A stretch of DNA of 64,000 bases from a virus. The notes under the pieces were generated by a model that was not told where the DNA came from, searched no databases, and was given only the letters and a program-made list of their open reading frames with translations. A program made the position numbers and the translations under genes. Of the stretch, positions 50,143-60,000 are shown piece by piece; position 1 is the stretch's first letter, and every line of letters starts with the position of its first letter. Location of the stretch: positions 15,834 through 79,833 of IMG/VR virus record IMGVR_UViG_3300041405_000225; one strand, written 5' to 3'.

Positions 50143-52459
50143 TCATGCCCCCAAAGATCGAATCCAGCAGTGCGGTATTGGCCAGGGCCTTTTCAAAGGT
50201 CTTGCCGTCACGCAGCGTCTTGAAAAGCTCATCAAACGCGGCGCCGATGCGCTGGCGCTCTTCCCCCTCCGGGTATGGCTTAAAGGGCATACCTTCGTCG
50301 GGGAAGTAGTGGTGTTTGTTGTCCGCCAGACAGCTCAGGTAATCGTTTTGGCGATCCATGGCTGTCAGCTTGTCTTCCAGGTACGACTGGAACGCTCGGG
50401 CCGCCATTTCAGGCGTTGAGGACCAATATTTGCCTTCCTTGGAGCTGTCCAGCAGCGCCGCTTCGGCCAGGTACTTGGATACGCCCCGCCCGGTGTTCAG
50501 CCGCACTTCAGTTGTGCCCTCGGGCGAGAAATACGCCGCGGCAAGGGTCCGCCAGTTCTTTTTATTCTTGAGCACCTGCGCGCTGTCGCGATTGCCGAAG
50601 TAGGCATCTACTGCCATCACAGCCGCTTCAGCGTTGCCGGCAGCCTTGATGCGGCGAGCGATGTCGTTGTGCGGGTTGTCCAGGTTCAGACGGGCATTGC
50701 CGTAGGTACGTGGGGTGAACTTGATGGTTTCAGGCAGCCGGTGATCACCTTCGGTTAGCGCTCGCTTGAGCCCAATGAAGGCGTTTCGAATCGGCCCCTC
50801 GGGCACCAGCTCCGGGTTTTCGGTGGCGAATTCATCCGCGGCGCCAGCCTCGCCGCGCAGAAGGCCCGGCAGGATGTTGTCCATCGCGTGCAGGTGCTCG
50901 TGACCCAAGCCCCCGCCGCCGTTCATCTTGGTGATGTTGATTGCGCGCAGTACCGGTTCGTACTGCGCCGTCGCTGCACCCTTGCCACCTTTGCCGCGGG
51001 CGCCGAACGCCAGCCCCAGGCGCCCACCGAACCCAAGGTTGTCCTCGCTGATCCCCAGGACGTCCGCCATATCCATCATGGCGCCGGCAGACTGCTCTAC
51101 GTGCCATTTGGAGCTGTCGCGGTCATCCAGTACCCAGTTGCCAGACTGCACCGCCCGAAAGCCGCACAGCTGCTGTAGGGAGCGCGTAGAGTTGACCGCC
51201 ACCGGGCGCCCACCCTTGCGATCGAACTTGTCCACGACCTTGAGCGCGAAGGTCTGGCGCTTTTTGGTCGGGGCTTTCGGCGCACCCTGGATAACGTCGC
51301 CGCCTTTCTTGTCGGACCATTCCCAGTCCTTGGGGTCGCCGGACAATGCGTTTGAAACGTGACGGGCAAACGTCTCGGAGCCCGACCGGCTGCGAAACAT
51401 CAGCGCCTTGACGAACTTATCGCCCATCGACATCCAGGCGCGATTGATTGGCGAGTTCAGGTTGCGAGCCTTGGCCACGCCCAAAATCTCAGCCCGTTCC
51501 TGGTACAGAGCCGATCGCGCCGCCTTAAGCTGCGCCAGCAGTGGCTTGTTCTGATCCAGCAGGTTGGTCCATGCCTTCAGCGCTTCGCTGTAGCCTTTGG
51601 CGGCATCCCGCACGGCCTGCTCATGTTGCACCTCGATCTTCCAGCCACGGGCCAGGCGGTTGTCGAGGTCGCGTTGAGCCTTGTTGTTGAGGTGGCTCGC
51701 CTCATACATGGCGTTTTGCGCCTGATCCTGGCCCTTCTCGATCTCGCGCACCTGATCGGTAACGCCTTGAGCCCGATCGGTGATTTCCTGGTACCGATCA
51801 GACTCATCCTCATCCAGCTGCGAGCCCAGCAGTTCGTCGCGGATCTCATCCAGCGTTGCGACCAGCTCCTTTGGCGTCTGGCACAGCTCCAGGCGCGTGC
51901 GCAACGTCTCCAGCCCCAGCACGTAGGCTTGGCGCGCCACGGCGCTGTCTTCACTTGGCTCCTTGGCGATCGACGCATACACACGATCCATCAGGAACGC
52001 GGTAGCGGGCTCGGTTCCGCCCTGTTTCAACGCGTCCCAGTCAACCACGCCGAACAGGTTGGACTTGACCACGAGCGCACGCGCTTCGCGTGGTGTTTCT
52101 TCGATCGCGGCAAAGTCGATATCGGAGGCGCGCAGCATGCGGCCTTCGGCGCGGGCCTTGCGGATCACGCCCGCGGCCTCTTCCTTACGGCTACCGGGGA
52201 TGTAACCGACGTCCGCATAGCGATAGTTTGGGCTGTTGGGATCGTCGCTAAGGCCGTCGTCTGCGGCCTGTTCTGCGGCAGTCTCGGGATCTACTTGCGG
52301 GGCTGGTGCTGCTTTGCCGGTCAACTTGCGGCGGATATCCAACGCCTCAGCGCTGGCGCGGGCCTTCTCAAGCGCCTTGAGTGCACCGCCGATCAGCATC
52401 TGGCGCAGCGCCAGCAGCCGCGAACTTAGGCGGGCTTTCTCGATGGGGGAAATTTGCAT
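50135..52459 (-). CDS. Polyvalent protein: zincin-like HExxH plus LPD1 domain
   Basis: VQSGNW, GHEHLHAMD, YWSSTPEMAARAF...PYPEGEER. Confidence 0.78.
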   Translation of the reverse strand: MQISPIEKARLSSRLLALRQMLIGGALKALEKARASAEALDIRRKLTGKAAPAPQVDPETAAEQAADDGLSDDPNSPNYRYADVGYIPGSRKEEAAGVIRKARAEGRMLRASDIDFAAIEETPREARALVVKSNLFGVVDWDALKQGGTEPATAFLMDRVYASIAKEPSEDSAVARQAYVLGLETLRTRLELCQTPKELVATLDEIRDELLGSQLDEDESDRYQEITDRAQGVTDQVREIEKGQDQAQNAMYEASHLNNKAQRDLDNRLARGWKIEVQHEQAVRDAAKGYSEALKAWTNLLDQNKPLLAQLKAARSALYQERAEILGVAKARNLNSPINRAWMSMGDKFVKALMFRSRSGSETFARHVSNALSGDPKDWEWSDKKGGDVIQGAPKAPTKKRQTFALKVVDKFDRKGGRPVAVNSTRSLQQLCGFRAVQSGNWVLDDRDSSKWHVEQSAGAMMDMADVLGISEDNLGFGGRLGLAFGARGKGGKGAATAQYEPVLRAINITKMNGGGGLGHEHLHAMDNILPGLLRGEAGAADEFATENPELVPEGPIRNAFIGLKRALTEGDHRLPETIKFTPRTYGNARLNLDNPHNDIARRIKAAGNAEAAVMAVDAYFGNRDSAQVLKNKKNWRTLAAAYFSPEGTTEVRLNTGRGVSKYLAEAALLDSSKEGKYWSSTPEMAARAFQSYLEDKLTAMDRQNDYLSCLADNKHHYFPDEGMPFKPYPEGEERQRIGAAFDELFKTLRDGKTFEKALANTALLDSIFGGMND

Positions 52460-52490
52460 GATGTACAGGCCTGATCATTAGCAGGCCCGT

Positions 52491-52532
52491 ATTTTGGGGC
52501 GCCAGCAGAGGGCGCCCGGACGGGTATTTGCG
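52491..52532 (-). promoter_or_regulatory. Putative late promoter CGCAAA-N30-CAAAAT
   Basis: Conserved motif and spacing. Confidence 0.7.
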
Positions 52533-52717
52533 CGGTTATACGGTTCTGGCAGCCATCTTTTTGCGGCAATACGCGCAAGTAACTTGGTTCTGATCGCTGG
52601 TTGCCTGACGCATGTAACCACAGGCTGTTCCACGCATGCCCAGCGCGGAAAATTCGGCCCGTACGCTCTCAGGCATGCCTTTTTCTGCGTCCGCGCTGTA
52701 GAAGTGCATTTTCATGA

Positions 52718-53122
52718 TCAGACTTCCCCGCCAACGAAATAAGGCACGCCATCAACATCCGCGACCACGCCAGCCGCATACAAAACGACCTCAAGGCGCC
52801 GCAATGCAGCTCCCTGCACAAACGTGGCAATCGAATTCATATCAGCCCGCCCACCTTCAGGCAGAACGGTTTTGTAGAACGACTCCCAGGCCTTGGCCAG
52901 CGCCCCACGGACATCGGAATAAGTCGAAATGGCAAACCGACGGTTAAGCACTTGGCCAGCAATCTCAACCGTGTGCAAGTGCGCGTAGCCTGATTGGCTA
53001 CCATCGCTATCCTTGCAACGAATACAGCCGCATGGACCATCAGCAAGCGCGCTCATTAGGCATTCACCGAAGGCCAGCACAGGCCTGAGAAACAGGCGTT
53101 TATCATCTTCGAAAAGGTCCAC
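52718..53122 (-). CDS. Hypothetical protein (CxCxxC)
   Basis: Follows par operon. Confidence 0.55.
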   Translation of the reverse strand: MDLFEDDKRLFLRPVLAFGECLMSALADGPCGCIRCKDSDGSQSGYAHLHTVEIAGQVLNRRFAISTYSDVRGALAKAWESFYKTVLPEGGRADMNSIATFVQGAALRRLEVVLYAAGVVADVDGVPYFVGGEV

Positions 53123-53125
53123 GGC

Positions 53126-53506
53126 TTACTCCCTTTTTTCTTTTTCCGCCTTCAGCGCTTCCAGCTCTTCCAATGCGTCAAGCGCATCACCAAGCAGCTC
53201 GTGCAGTACGTTTATGCCGCGCTCTTCTGCCATACGGTAGTACCGTTCGTGCATGGGCACCGGAATCTTGATATTCAGCTGCTTTTTCGGCTCTGCGGCG
53301 TTGAAGCGGCGCGCTTTCGCTACCTTCACCGGTTTGGCCTCACGCGAATGAAAGCCGTTATCTTCAGCTACCTGTTGGATATCTTTTTCTATCTCTTTGG
53401 TAACTGTAGCGGTTGTAGCAGGTACTGGAGCCTTCGCCTTGAAGTCCCCAAGGATTGCAAAGGCGTTTGCGGCTTCGGTTGGTTCTTTTACTTGATCGGT
53501 ACTCAC
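53126..53506 (-). CDS. RHH centromere-binding partition protein (ParG/StbB-like)
   Basis: KKQLNIKIP...ELLGDAL; coupled to parA. Confidence 0.75.
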   Translation of the reverse strand: MSTDQVKEPTEAANAFAILGDFKAKAPVPATTATVTKEIEKDIQQVAEDNGFHSREAKPVKVAKARRFNAAEPKKQLNIKIPVPMHERYYRMAEERGINVLHELLGDALDALEELEALKAEKEKRE

Positions 53507-54198
53507 GATGCGGCCTCCTGAATAGTCTTGAGGTTCGTTAGCAGCTCAGCAGTGACAGCCTCAGCGTTTACGATTGCCGTCGCAACGCCCGGCACGAGCG
53601 AGGTATCCAGCAGTTCCAGTGGGCGCTGATACTTGAACATCGACTTGAAGGCATCGCGGTCCTTCATTTCGGTTTCAAACATTGGAATTTCAAGCTTTTG
53701 CAGGTCCTCGCGCAGCCCTGCCGTATTGCGCGTCTCATACGCGGCGGAAGTGCAGGTAAAGAGGATCGAATACGGCAGTCGGTAGTTCGGAACATGCCGG
53801 CGAACGGCCAGCTCCTGATCCGTAACCAGCTTGATCGCCTTACCCGCCTCTTTGGCGTCCAGGTGCGAACCACGCATAGGAATAATCACGTAATCAGCCT
53901 GCTGAAGCGCGTTAACCACAATCTTTGCCGCGGTGCCTTCCAGGTCTACCAGTACGAACGGCACCGCCTCAGCAGCTTCGCGGATCTTGTCGGCGATATT
54001 GTCTTCGTTTACGTCTGGAATGATCAGCAGGTTTTCCGGGCAGTGACCGCCAGAAGCGAAGTCCTTCAGGGGGTTGTTCGGGTCCGCATCCAAAAGCGCA
54101 ACCTTGGCTCCCTTCTTCGCCAGTTGCAGCCCGATGTTCAACATCGACGTGGTTTTCCCTGCACCGCCTTTAGGACTTACTGCAACCGTTGTAGGCAT
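53503..54198 (-). CDS. parA: Type Ib ParA ATPase
   Basis: SPKGGAGKTT deviant Walker A, LLDADPN, VLVDLEG; no N-terminal HTH. Confidence 0.92.
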   Translation of the reverse strand: MPTTVAVSPKGGAGKTTSMLNIGLQLAKKGAKVALLDADPNNPLKDFASGGHCPENLLIIPDVNEDNIADKIREAAEAVPFVLVDLEGTAAKIVVNALQQADYVIIPMRGSHLDAKEAGKAIKLVTDQELAVRRHVPNYRLPYSILFTCTSAAYETRNTAGLREDLQKLEIPMFETEMKDRDAFKSMFKYQRPLELLDTSLVPGVATAIVNAEAVTAELLTNLKTIQEAAS

Positions 54199-54199
54199 A

Positions 54200-54460
54200 T
54201 CCGATACCTCAAAGTAGAAAAATATAGAGAAAGTTATCTCTTGATACGACAAGGTACGATCGTATATCCCTACCAAATCGGTATCAATGGATATCTATAG
54301 ATATCCATAAATATTATTGTTTATCTTTTAGTACCAATTGATTCCTCTTGGTATCAATTGGCGACGTTCCACCTGATCCAGCGACTGGAATCCCTTTGGT
54401 ATCAATGGATATCTATTGATACTTTATGGATATCACAAGATACTGATTCGTACCTGTTTG
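54200..54460. repeat. Putative centromere (parS/parH) and par promoter
   Basis: AT-rich; GGTATCAATGGATATCTAT at 54280 and 54398; many GATAC/GATATC boxes. Confidence 0.7.
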
Positions 54461-54513
54461 ATAGCTGCACAAAAAAGGCCCGCGGGTGCGGGCCTTGTTG
54501 CGGTAGGGGGAGG

Positions 54514-54741
54514 TCAGTCGTTTTCGGCAAAGGCTGCCAGGCACTCAATTGCGTATTGCGCCGGGTACGACCATTCATGCGTGCCGGCTATCCAGTTCTT
54601 GAGCGTGGCATGGGACACGCCAACCCGTGCAGCGCAAGCGCGCTGACTTAAGCCCGTGCGCTTGATCACCTCAGCGACGTAGGCCGCATCGGTATTGTGC
54701 TGCGCCGCATCCGGCGCGCTGATTTTGATCTTGGTTGCCAT
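54514..54741 (-). CDS. XRE HTH protein
   Basis: TGLSQRACAARVGVSHATLKNW. Confidence 0.75.
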   Translation of the reverse strand: MATKIKISAPDAAQHNTDAAYVAEVIKRTGLSQRACAARVGVSHATLKNWIAGTHEWSYPAQYAIECLAAFAEND

Positions 54742-54815
54742 GGTCGGCCTTGGTCTGTCGTCAGATACGCACTCAGCCCGCGGAGGCGGGCTTTGTGATG
54801 TTGCTCTAGCGCTCA

Positions 54816-55072
54816 CTATGCAGTGGCTTCCTCAACGACGGTGCAGTGCTCTAGGGAGACGTATCCCGATACGCCCTCAATGAAAATCACGGCTTCACAG
54901 CTCGATACGAACGCCTTGCCGTTGGTCTTACAGCGATGAGTTTCGCCACGGCCCAATATCGACTCGTAGCTCACGGTCGTGCCGTCCGGGTGCTTTTCGT
55001 TCCAGTCGAAGCACTGGGCCTTGGCCTGAGTTTCCATTTGCTTCAATGACATTTGTTTGCGCGGTGGCATGG
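54816..55072 (-). CDS. Hypothetical phage protein
   Basis: Start MPPRKQ with AGGAG RBS. Confidence 0.55.
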
Positions 55073-55091
55073 GTGAATCTCCTTGTGTTGG

Positions 55092-55121
55092 TACTGGCGA
55101 AGCCCCAGTAAAGGGGCTTGT
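55092..55121 (-). repeat. 30-bp structured repeat, copy 1 (copy 2 at 56329-56358)
   Basis: TACTGGnnAAGCCCCAGTrAAGGGGCTTGT, 27/30 identical. Confidence 0.75.
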
Positions 55122-55135
55122 AAAGAAACTGCTGG

Positions 55136-56284
55136 TTACAGCCACATCGCGAACTGGCCACCGGTGTCGGCATAGCTATTCAGCGCAGCACCCCGGGCGG
55201 TTAGCTCATCGCGCAGCAGCTGCTCGGCGGCCTCGTCGTTCAAGTCCATGTAATAGGCGTCTTCTACAAGGTTATCGACCTCATCCGCAGTCAGGCCACA
55301 CTTTACGGCCTCACCGATCAAGCGGCTGCACAGGCGATCGTACTTACCAGAAATTGCCATTTCCGGGTGATCAACTGCGTTGTTCGCCATGAAAAACGCA
55401 TAGGCAAACCCCTCTGGCGTCACGCTGCGCGCATTCTTTGTCGCCAGGCTGCTACCGCCGTACATACGGTGCATTTTGGAGCCTTCCACCGGGTCAACAG
55501 GCGCAACTGGCAGGTCTGCATTGAAGCGCCCCCATATAAGCGTCTTCTTGGTGTAGGTATCCCCAACATGGAACGGATCAAACGAAAGGCGCCATGGTGG
55601 TAGGCCGCCTAAGCGTTCGATACGGCCCACGGGATTCTCGATCGCCCAAAGCACTGGCCGGAAGTACTCAATGACTCGCAGGGTCTGGTGAACCAGCTCA
55701 ACAGATGCCACGGTGCGACCGTCTGCGTCCTTGGCCGCGAAGTGCCGGGCACCTGAGACGGCGAAGTCTGTGCAGGGGCAGGCGGCCAGAATCGCATAGA
55801 TATCCAGCCCGTCGAAGTCACCGAACCAATCGCCGAAGAAGTCCACGCTGAACTTGTTCACGTCGCCGGTTTCCGGATTCTCTTGAATGTCGAACCGGTA
55901 AACCTGATAGCCCGCTTCCTCCCACGGACGCGACCACGCGCCCGACTTATCGAACAGCGACAGTACGACCTTATCGGCGTTGGTACCGGTCAGCCCTTGC
56001 GCTGCACAATGATCGCTCCAAGCCTCAACGCGCTGCCGGGCTTCATCCGGTGTCATCCAGCCATGGTCTTTCTGGTAAACGGTTGCCTTGTCATTCAAAC
56101 GCACAACTTCGCCAGTCAGCGGTGCATCGAACAGGTGATGTACACGCTCTTCCTGCGAATTCATCTGGCGTTGCGCTTCGTTGAAGCACGCGACGATTTC
56201 TGACAGCTCACGATCATCGACGCCGACGGCTGCATGCTCTGGCGCGTAACTCACTATCGGTGGCAAAACTGCTGGCTTGCTCAT
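55136..56284 (-). CDS. Phage C5-cytosine DNA methyltransferase-like protein
   Basis: VLSLFD..G (motif I-like), PCT (IV), ENP (VI), RSVTPEGFA. Confidence 0.75.
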   Translation of the reverse strand: MSKPAVLPPIVSYAPEHAAVGVDDRELSEIVACFNEAQRQMNSQEERVHHLFDAPLTGEVVRLNDKATVYQKDHGWMTPDEARQRVEAWSDHCAAQGLTGTNADKVVLSLFDKSGAWSRPWEEAGYQVYRFDIQENPETGDVNKFSVDFFGDWFGDFDGLDIYAILAACPCTDFAVSGARHFAAKDADGRTVASVELVHQTLRVIEYFRPVLWAIENPVGRIERLGGLPPWRLSFDPFHVGDTYTKKTLIWGRFNADLPVAPVDPVEGSKMHRMYGGSSLATKNARSVTPEGFAYAFFMANNAVDHPEMAISGKYDRLCSRLIGEAVKCGLTADEVDNLVEDAYYMDLNDEAAEQLLRDELTARGAALNSYADTGGQFAMWL

Positions 56285-56372
56285 TCACTGATTCCGTCTT
56301 GTTCTGGACGCGATAACCGCCGCGTTTCTACTGGAAAAGCCCCAGTGAAGGGGCTTGTGACGGCTCTGAGAG

Positions 56373-56654
56373 TCAGCGCGGCAGGCGCTTATAGAGCTCA
56401 GGGGCATGCGGGTCGAAAGGTGGTCGCCCCACAAAGCCGTTGTTCATCAGCCACTGGAGCAGGTTTCGCGCTTCCATACCCTTTTTGAGAATCCCAAGCG
56501 CCTTAACCGTTTCAACCACCGCGCGCCAGTCGCTGCCTTCTGGAGTAATAGCGGCGTACATCACCCGCAAAATCTGGTCGTGACGCTGGTCACCACTACT
56601 TGGTAGCTCAATGTCGCAAGGGTTTTTTTCGATTAATGCTGCTGAAGTTGCCAT
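56373..56654 (-). CDS. Hypothetical wHTH-like protein
   Basis: ORF with RBS. Confidence 0.5.
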   Translation of the reverse strand: MATSAALIEKNPCDIELPSSGDQRHDQILRVMYAAITPEGSDWRAVVETVKALGILKKGMEARNLLQWLMNNGFVGRPPFDPHAPELYKRLPR

Positions 56655-57004
56655 TGCGTTCGCCCTTTGAGTGATTTCGTTGGGCTCACTTTATGGGCTA
56701 GTTTCTGGCCCGTCAATTACTTTTTATGTCTTATCACAAAATCATAATTGAGCTGACATTTCGGTATGGATCACCGGGCGAAGAAACGCCCGCACAGGGC
56801 GGGCGTTCTTGAGGTATACCAAAGGATATCTACTGATATCTTTTAGTACTTATTTCTAGCGCTAGGCCGGCAAGCACTGGCTGGCTGCCTGTTCGCCGTG
56901 TTGTGGCGCTGCTGGATTGCACGCCGCCATAGCCACCTGGCATTGCAGCACCATGGCGAGCAACGCCCCCAACATCATCCGTTTCATGATCTTCTGATTC
57001 ATGG

Positions 57005-60000
57005 TTAGGCAACCTCGGCAGTGGCTTTCAATGCGTGCTGGCTGTAGGCCTCGGCAGCGTCAGCAAACAGGCCGCTCAACTCACCCTCACCGAAAGCGGC
57101 GTAGATGCGCTCCAGTTCCTTCAGGGCGCTGTCCGGGTCACTCAGGTCGGCGGTGCCGTCAATGATGCTGTCCAGGTAAGCTTTGGCTGTCTGCAAGGCG
57201 CTGTCCTTGTCGTCGGGTGGGGTTTGTTCTGGCGGGGTTGCCGCCGGCGGCTGGCTAAACAGATCGTCCTGCTCGATCGCAAACACTCCCTCGCCGAACT
57301 CCTTTTCAAGTTCGGCGTTGGCCGCCCTGACGATATCGGCAAAGCTGGCCGGCTCATCGCCGAACAGGCCCGCGGTCTGCTTACGCTTGGCTTCGGACTC
57401 GACGAACTGAGCCATGGCCTTGAACGCGGTCCCCAACCGCTTGGCGCTGCGGTTGTTTTTGCTGATAAACACGGCCATTGCCGCCACGGATGGATCGATA
57501 TCGCCAAACATATCGCCTTGGCGCAGATACTCATCGATCCCCAGGCCGCTTTCCTTCGCCTGGCGCAGAACATTGGTCGCATTGATGATCGCACTCACCG
57601 CTTCCTGATCCAGCGACAGCTCCAGGGAGTCGGTGACCTTCTCACCAGCGTCTTCAGCGCCAGCCATGTCCAGTTCCTTGGCTCGCATGAAGTCAGGGGC
57701 CGCCATGTTCAGCGCGCTGACGATGTTGGCGATCTCCGGCTTGCTGGAATCGGCAGTCAGCTCCAGCAGGCGGTCGTCGGAGTAGGCACCAGCGAAGAGC
57801 GCGGCCTGTACCCGGCTGATCAGACTGGCCGTCGGGCGCCCGTCGCTGGTGATGTACTGCGCGGCTTCTGTATCGCCCAGGCTTTGCAGGAACGCACTGA
57901 TAAAGTCCCGGTTTGCGGCGCTGGTGAGGTCGCCGTCGGCAAGCTTGGCCATCATGGCGCTGTCCAGGCGCTTGGCATCGCTGCGAGCCTTCTCGGTTGC
58001 GGTCATGGCCAGCTTGTCGTCTTGGTTGGCCTCGACTGCGAACTCAGCCCGGTCCACGGCGCTGACACGCACACGCACCAGCACAGGCGCCTTCATGTTC
58101 TGGATCTTGGTGGCGCTGACTTTGAAGTACTCCGCATGCTCAAGCAGCCACTCTCGGTATTCATCCGCCTTGCCAATGCGGTATGCCTCACGGATGGCCA
58201 TCGCCCGACCGTTGCCGGACTCAACCACGCGATCGGCACCAACGATAGGTGCGCCACTGTCGGCACGGTTGGTGCGCCCAAGGCTGTCAGGATCAAGATT
58301 GCGGGCAGTCTTCTGCACCCACGCCTGCGAAGTCGCCCGTGCTCGATCGCGCGGTTGCAGCTCGCTCGGGTAGTCCGGGTTCGCTGTGCCGTCGGATTCG
58401 TGACTGATGACCAGGTTCTTCGCCTCGATCACCTTGAACCCGGTCACAACCTTCGTGCCGTTGGCTGTCTTCACGGTGTTCTCACGGCCTTCTGGCGCGA
58501 TCTCGCCCGTATCGTCATCAGCACCAGGCTCTCCGGCTGGCGCGGCGCTGACGGGCTCCTGAGTAGTTTCAGGGGACTTGTTCAATTCGCGCAGACCGAA
58601 ACCGTCTACCTTCGCTTTCGCTGCGCGCACCAGGTCACGGCCAACACCGGCCAGAATTTCGTCCTTGGTGCCACTGGCGCCCAGGCTGAAGCCGGCTTTC
58701 AGCACCAGTTCACGCAAAGCGTCCACGTCGTCGATGGTGTCCAGAACCCCGAGAGCGCCCATTGCATTGCCTGCGATCAGGGCCGCCGTCAGCTTCTCCA
58801 GGTCGGTGCGGCTGTCGCGCAGGCTCGGGTCATCGCCCAGCATGTCCGGTTGAGCGTCTGGCTCGATGGCCGGAACTTCGGCAACACTCATCGCCGACGC
58901 CTCTGGACCACGATAGCCGGCATCCCACAGCTGCTTGGCCATGTCGGCGATGTCTTTGACCAGATTGCCGTAGAACGCTTCCCCGGGAGCCATTGCGGCA
59001 AGCTTGGAACGGGCGGCGGCCAGCATTTCCAACAGGCGCGCGATTTTCTGCGCTTCGGCGTCGTCGGCGCCGTTGCCGTGGTCTTGATTATCCTGGCCAG
59101 CGGTCTGCTGTGCTTCCAAGTTGCGCAGCTGTTCAGATACTTCAGAAAGGTAGTTGCTGGCGTTGATGGTGGCGAGAATGCCGCCGCTGTCGATCGCGGC
59201 CATATTTTCAGCGATTGCATCGCCCAACGAGGCGATGACGCCTTTCTTGGTGGCGCCCTTGCCGCCGATCGCGCGCGATGTCTTTTTGCCGGTCTGTACG
59301 GCTTCCAGGTCCGCCCGGTAGTCGGCCAGCTTTTCATTCAGTTGTTCCATGCTGAAGCCGCGCAGCTCGCCGGCGGCGACCTTGGCCATGAACTCTTCGC
59401 GCGTCATTGGAGTGCCGCCCATGGCTGCGATCTTCTCGATAACCCCATCAGCTTGCGCCAAGAACTTTTCGGCGTACTCGGACGGCTTGGCCACGATCGC
59501 ACCCGCTTCAGCTTCTGGAACTGCCGCCGGCGCCGGCAGCTGGGCAACTTTGGCTTGCAGGTTGGCAATTTGCTCATCCAGGCCTTGCAGCTCGGTGATT
59601 TTGCTTTGCGCCAGCGTCTTCAGTTCCTCGATCTTCGCGGTTTTCTCCGCGTTGGCACCGTTGGCTTTGATGAACTTCGCGCTGTTCTTCTCCACGAGCG
59701 CCATGATGCGGCGTGCTACCTGGCGCGGATTGATGTCTTGGCCGTGCTCGGGCGCCACCACCAGCGTGACGTCTTTCTTGTTCTGCACCCACTTCCAACT
59801 GACCATTTCATCTTTCGCGGTCAGCTTGTTAGGCGTGCTGTCCGGGTTATGGAAGAACACAGAAATGGTCTGGCCGTCGCTCATGCTGAAGAGCATGGCC
59901 ACCTGAGTGGTGCCGCGGTTCTTGAATGGCTGGCTCACTTCCACGCTGTCAGCCTTGACCGTGCCGGCGGCGGCCTGCATCACGCGCAACAGCTGTTTTG

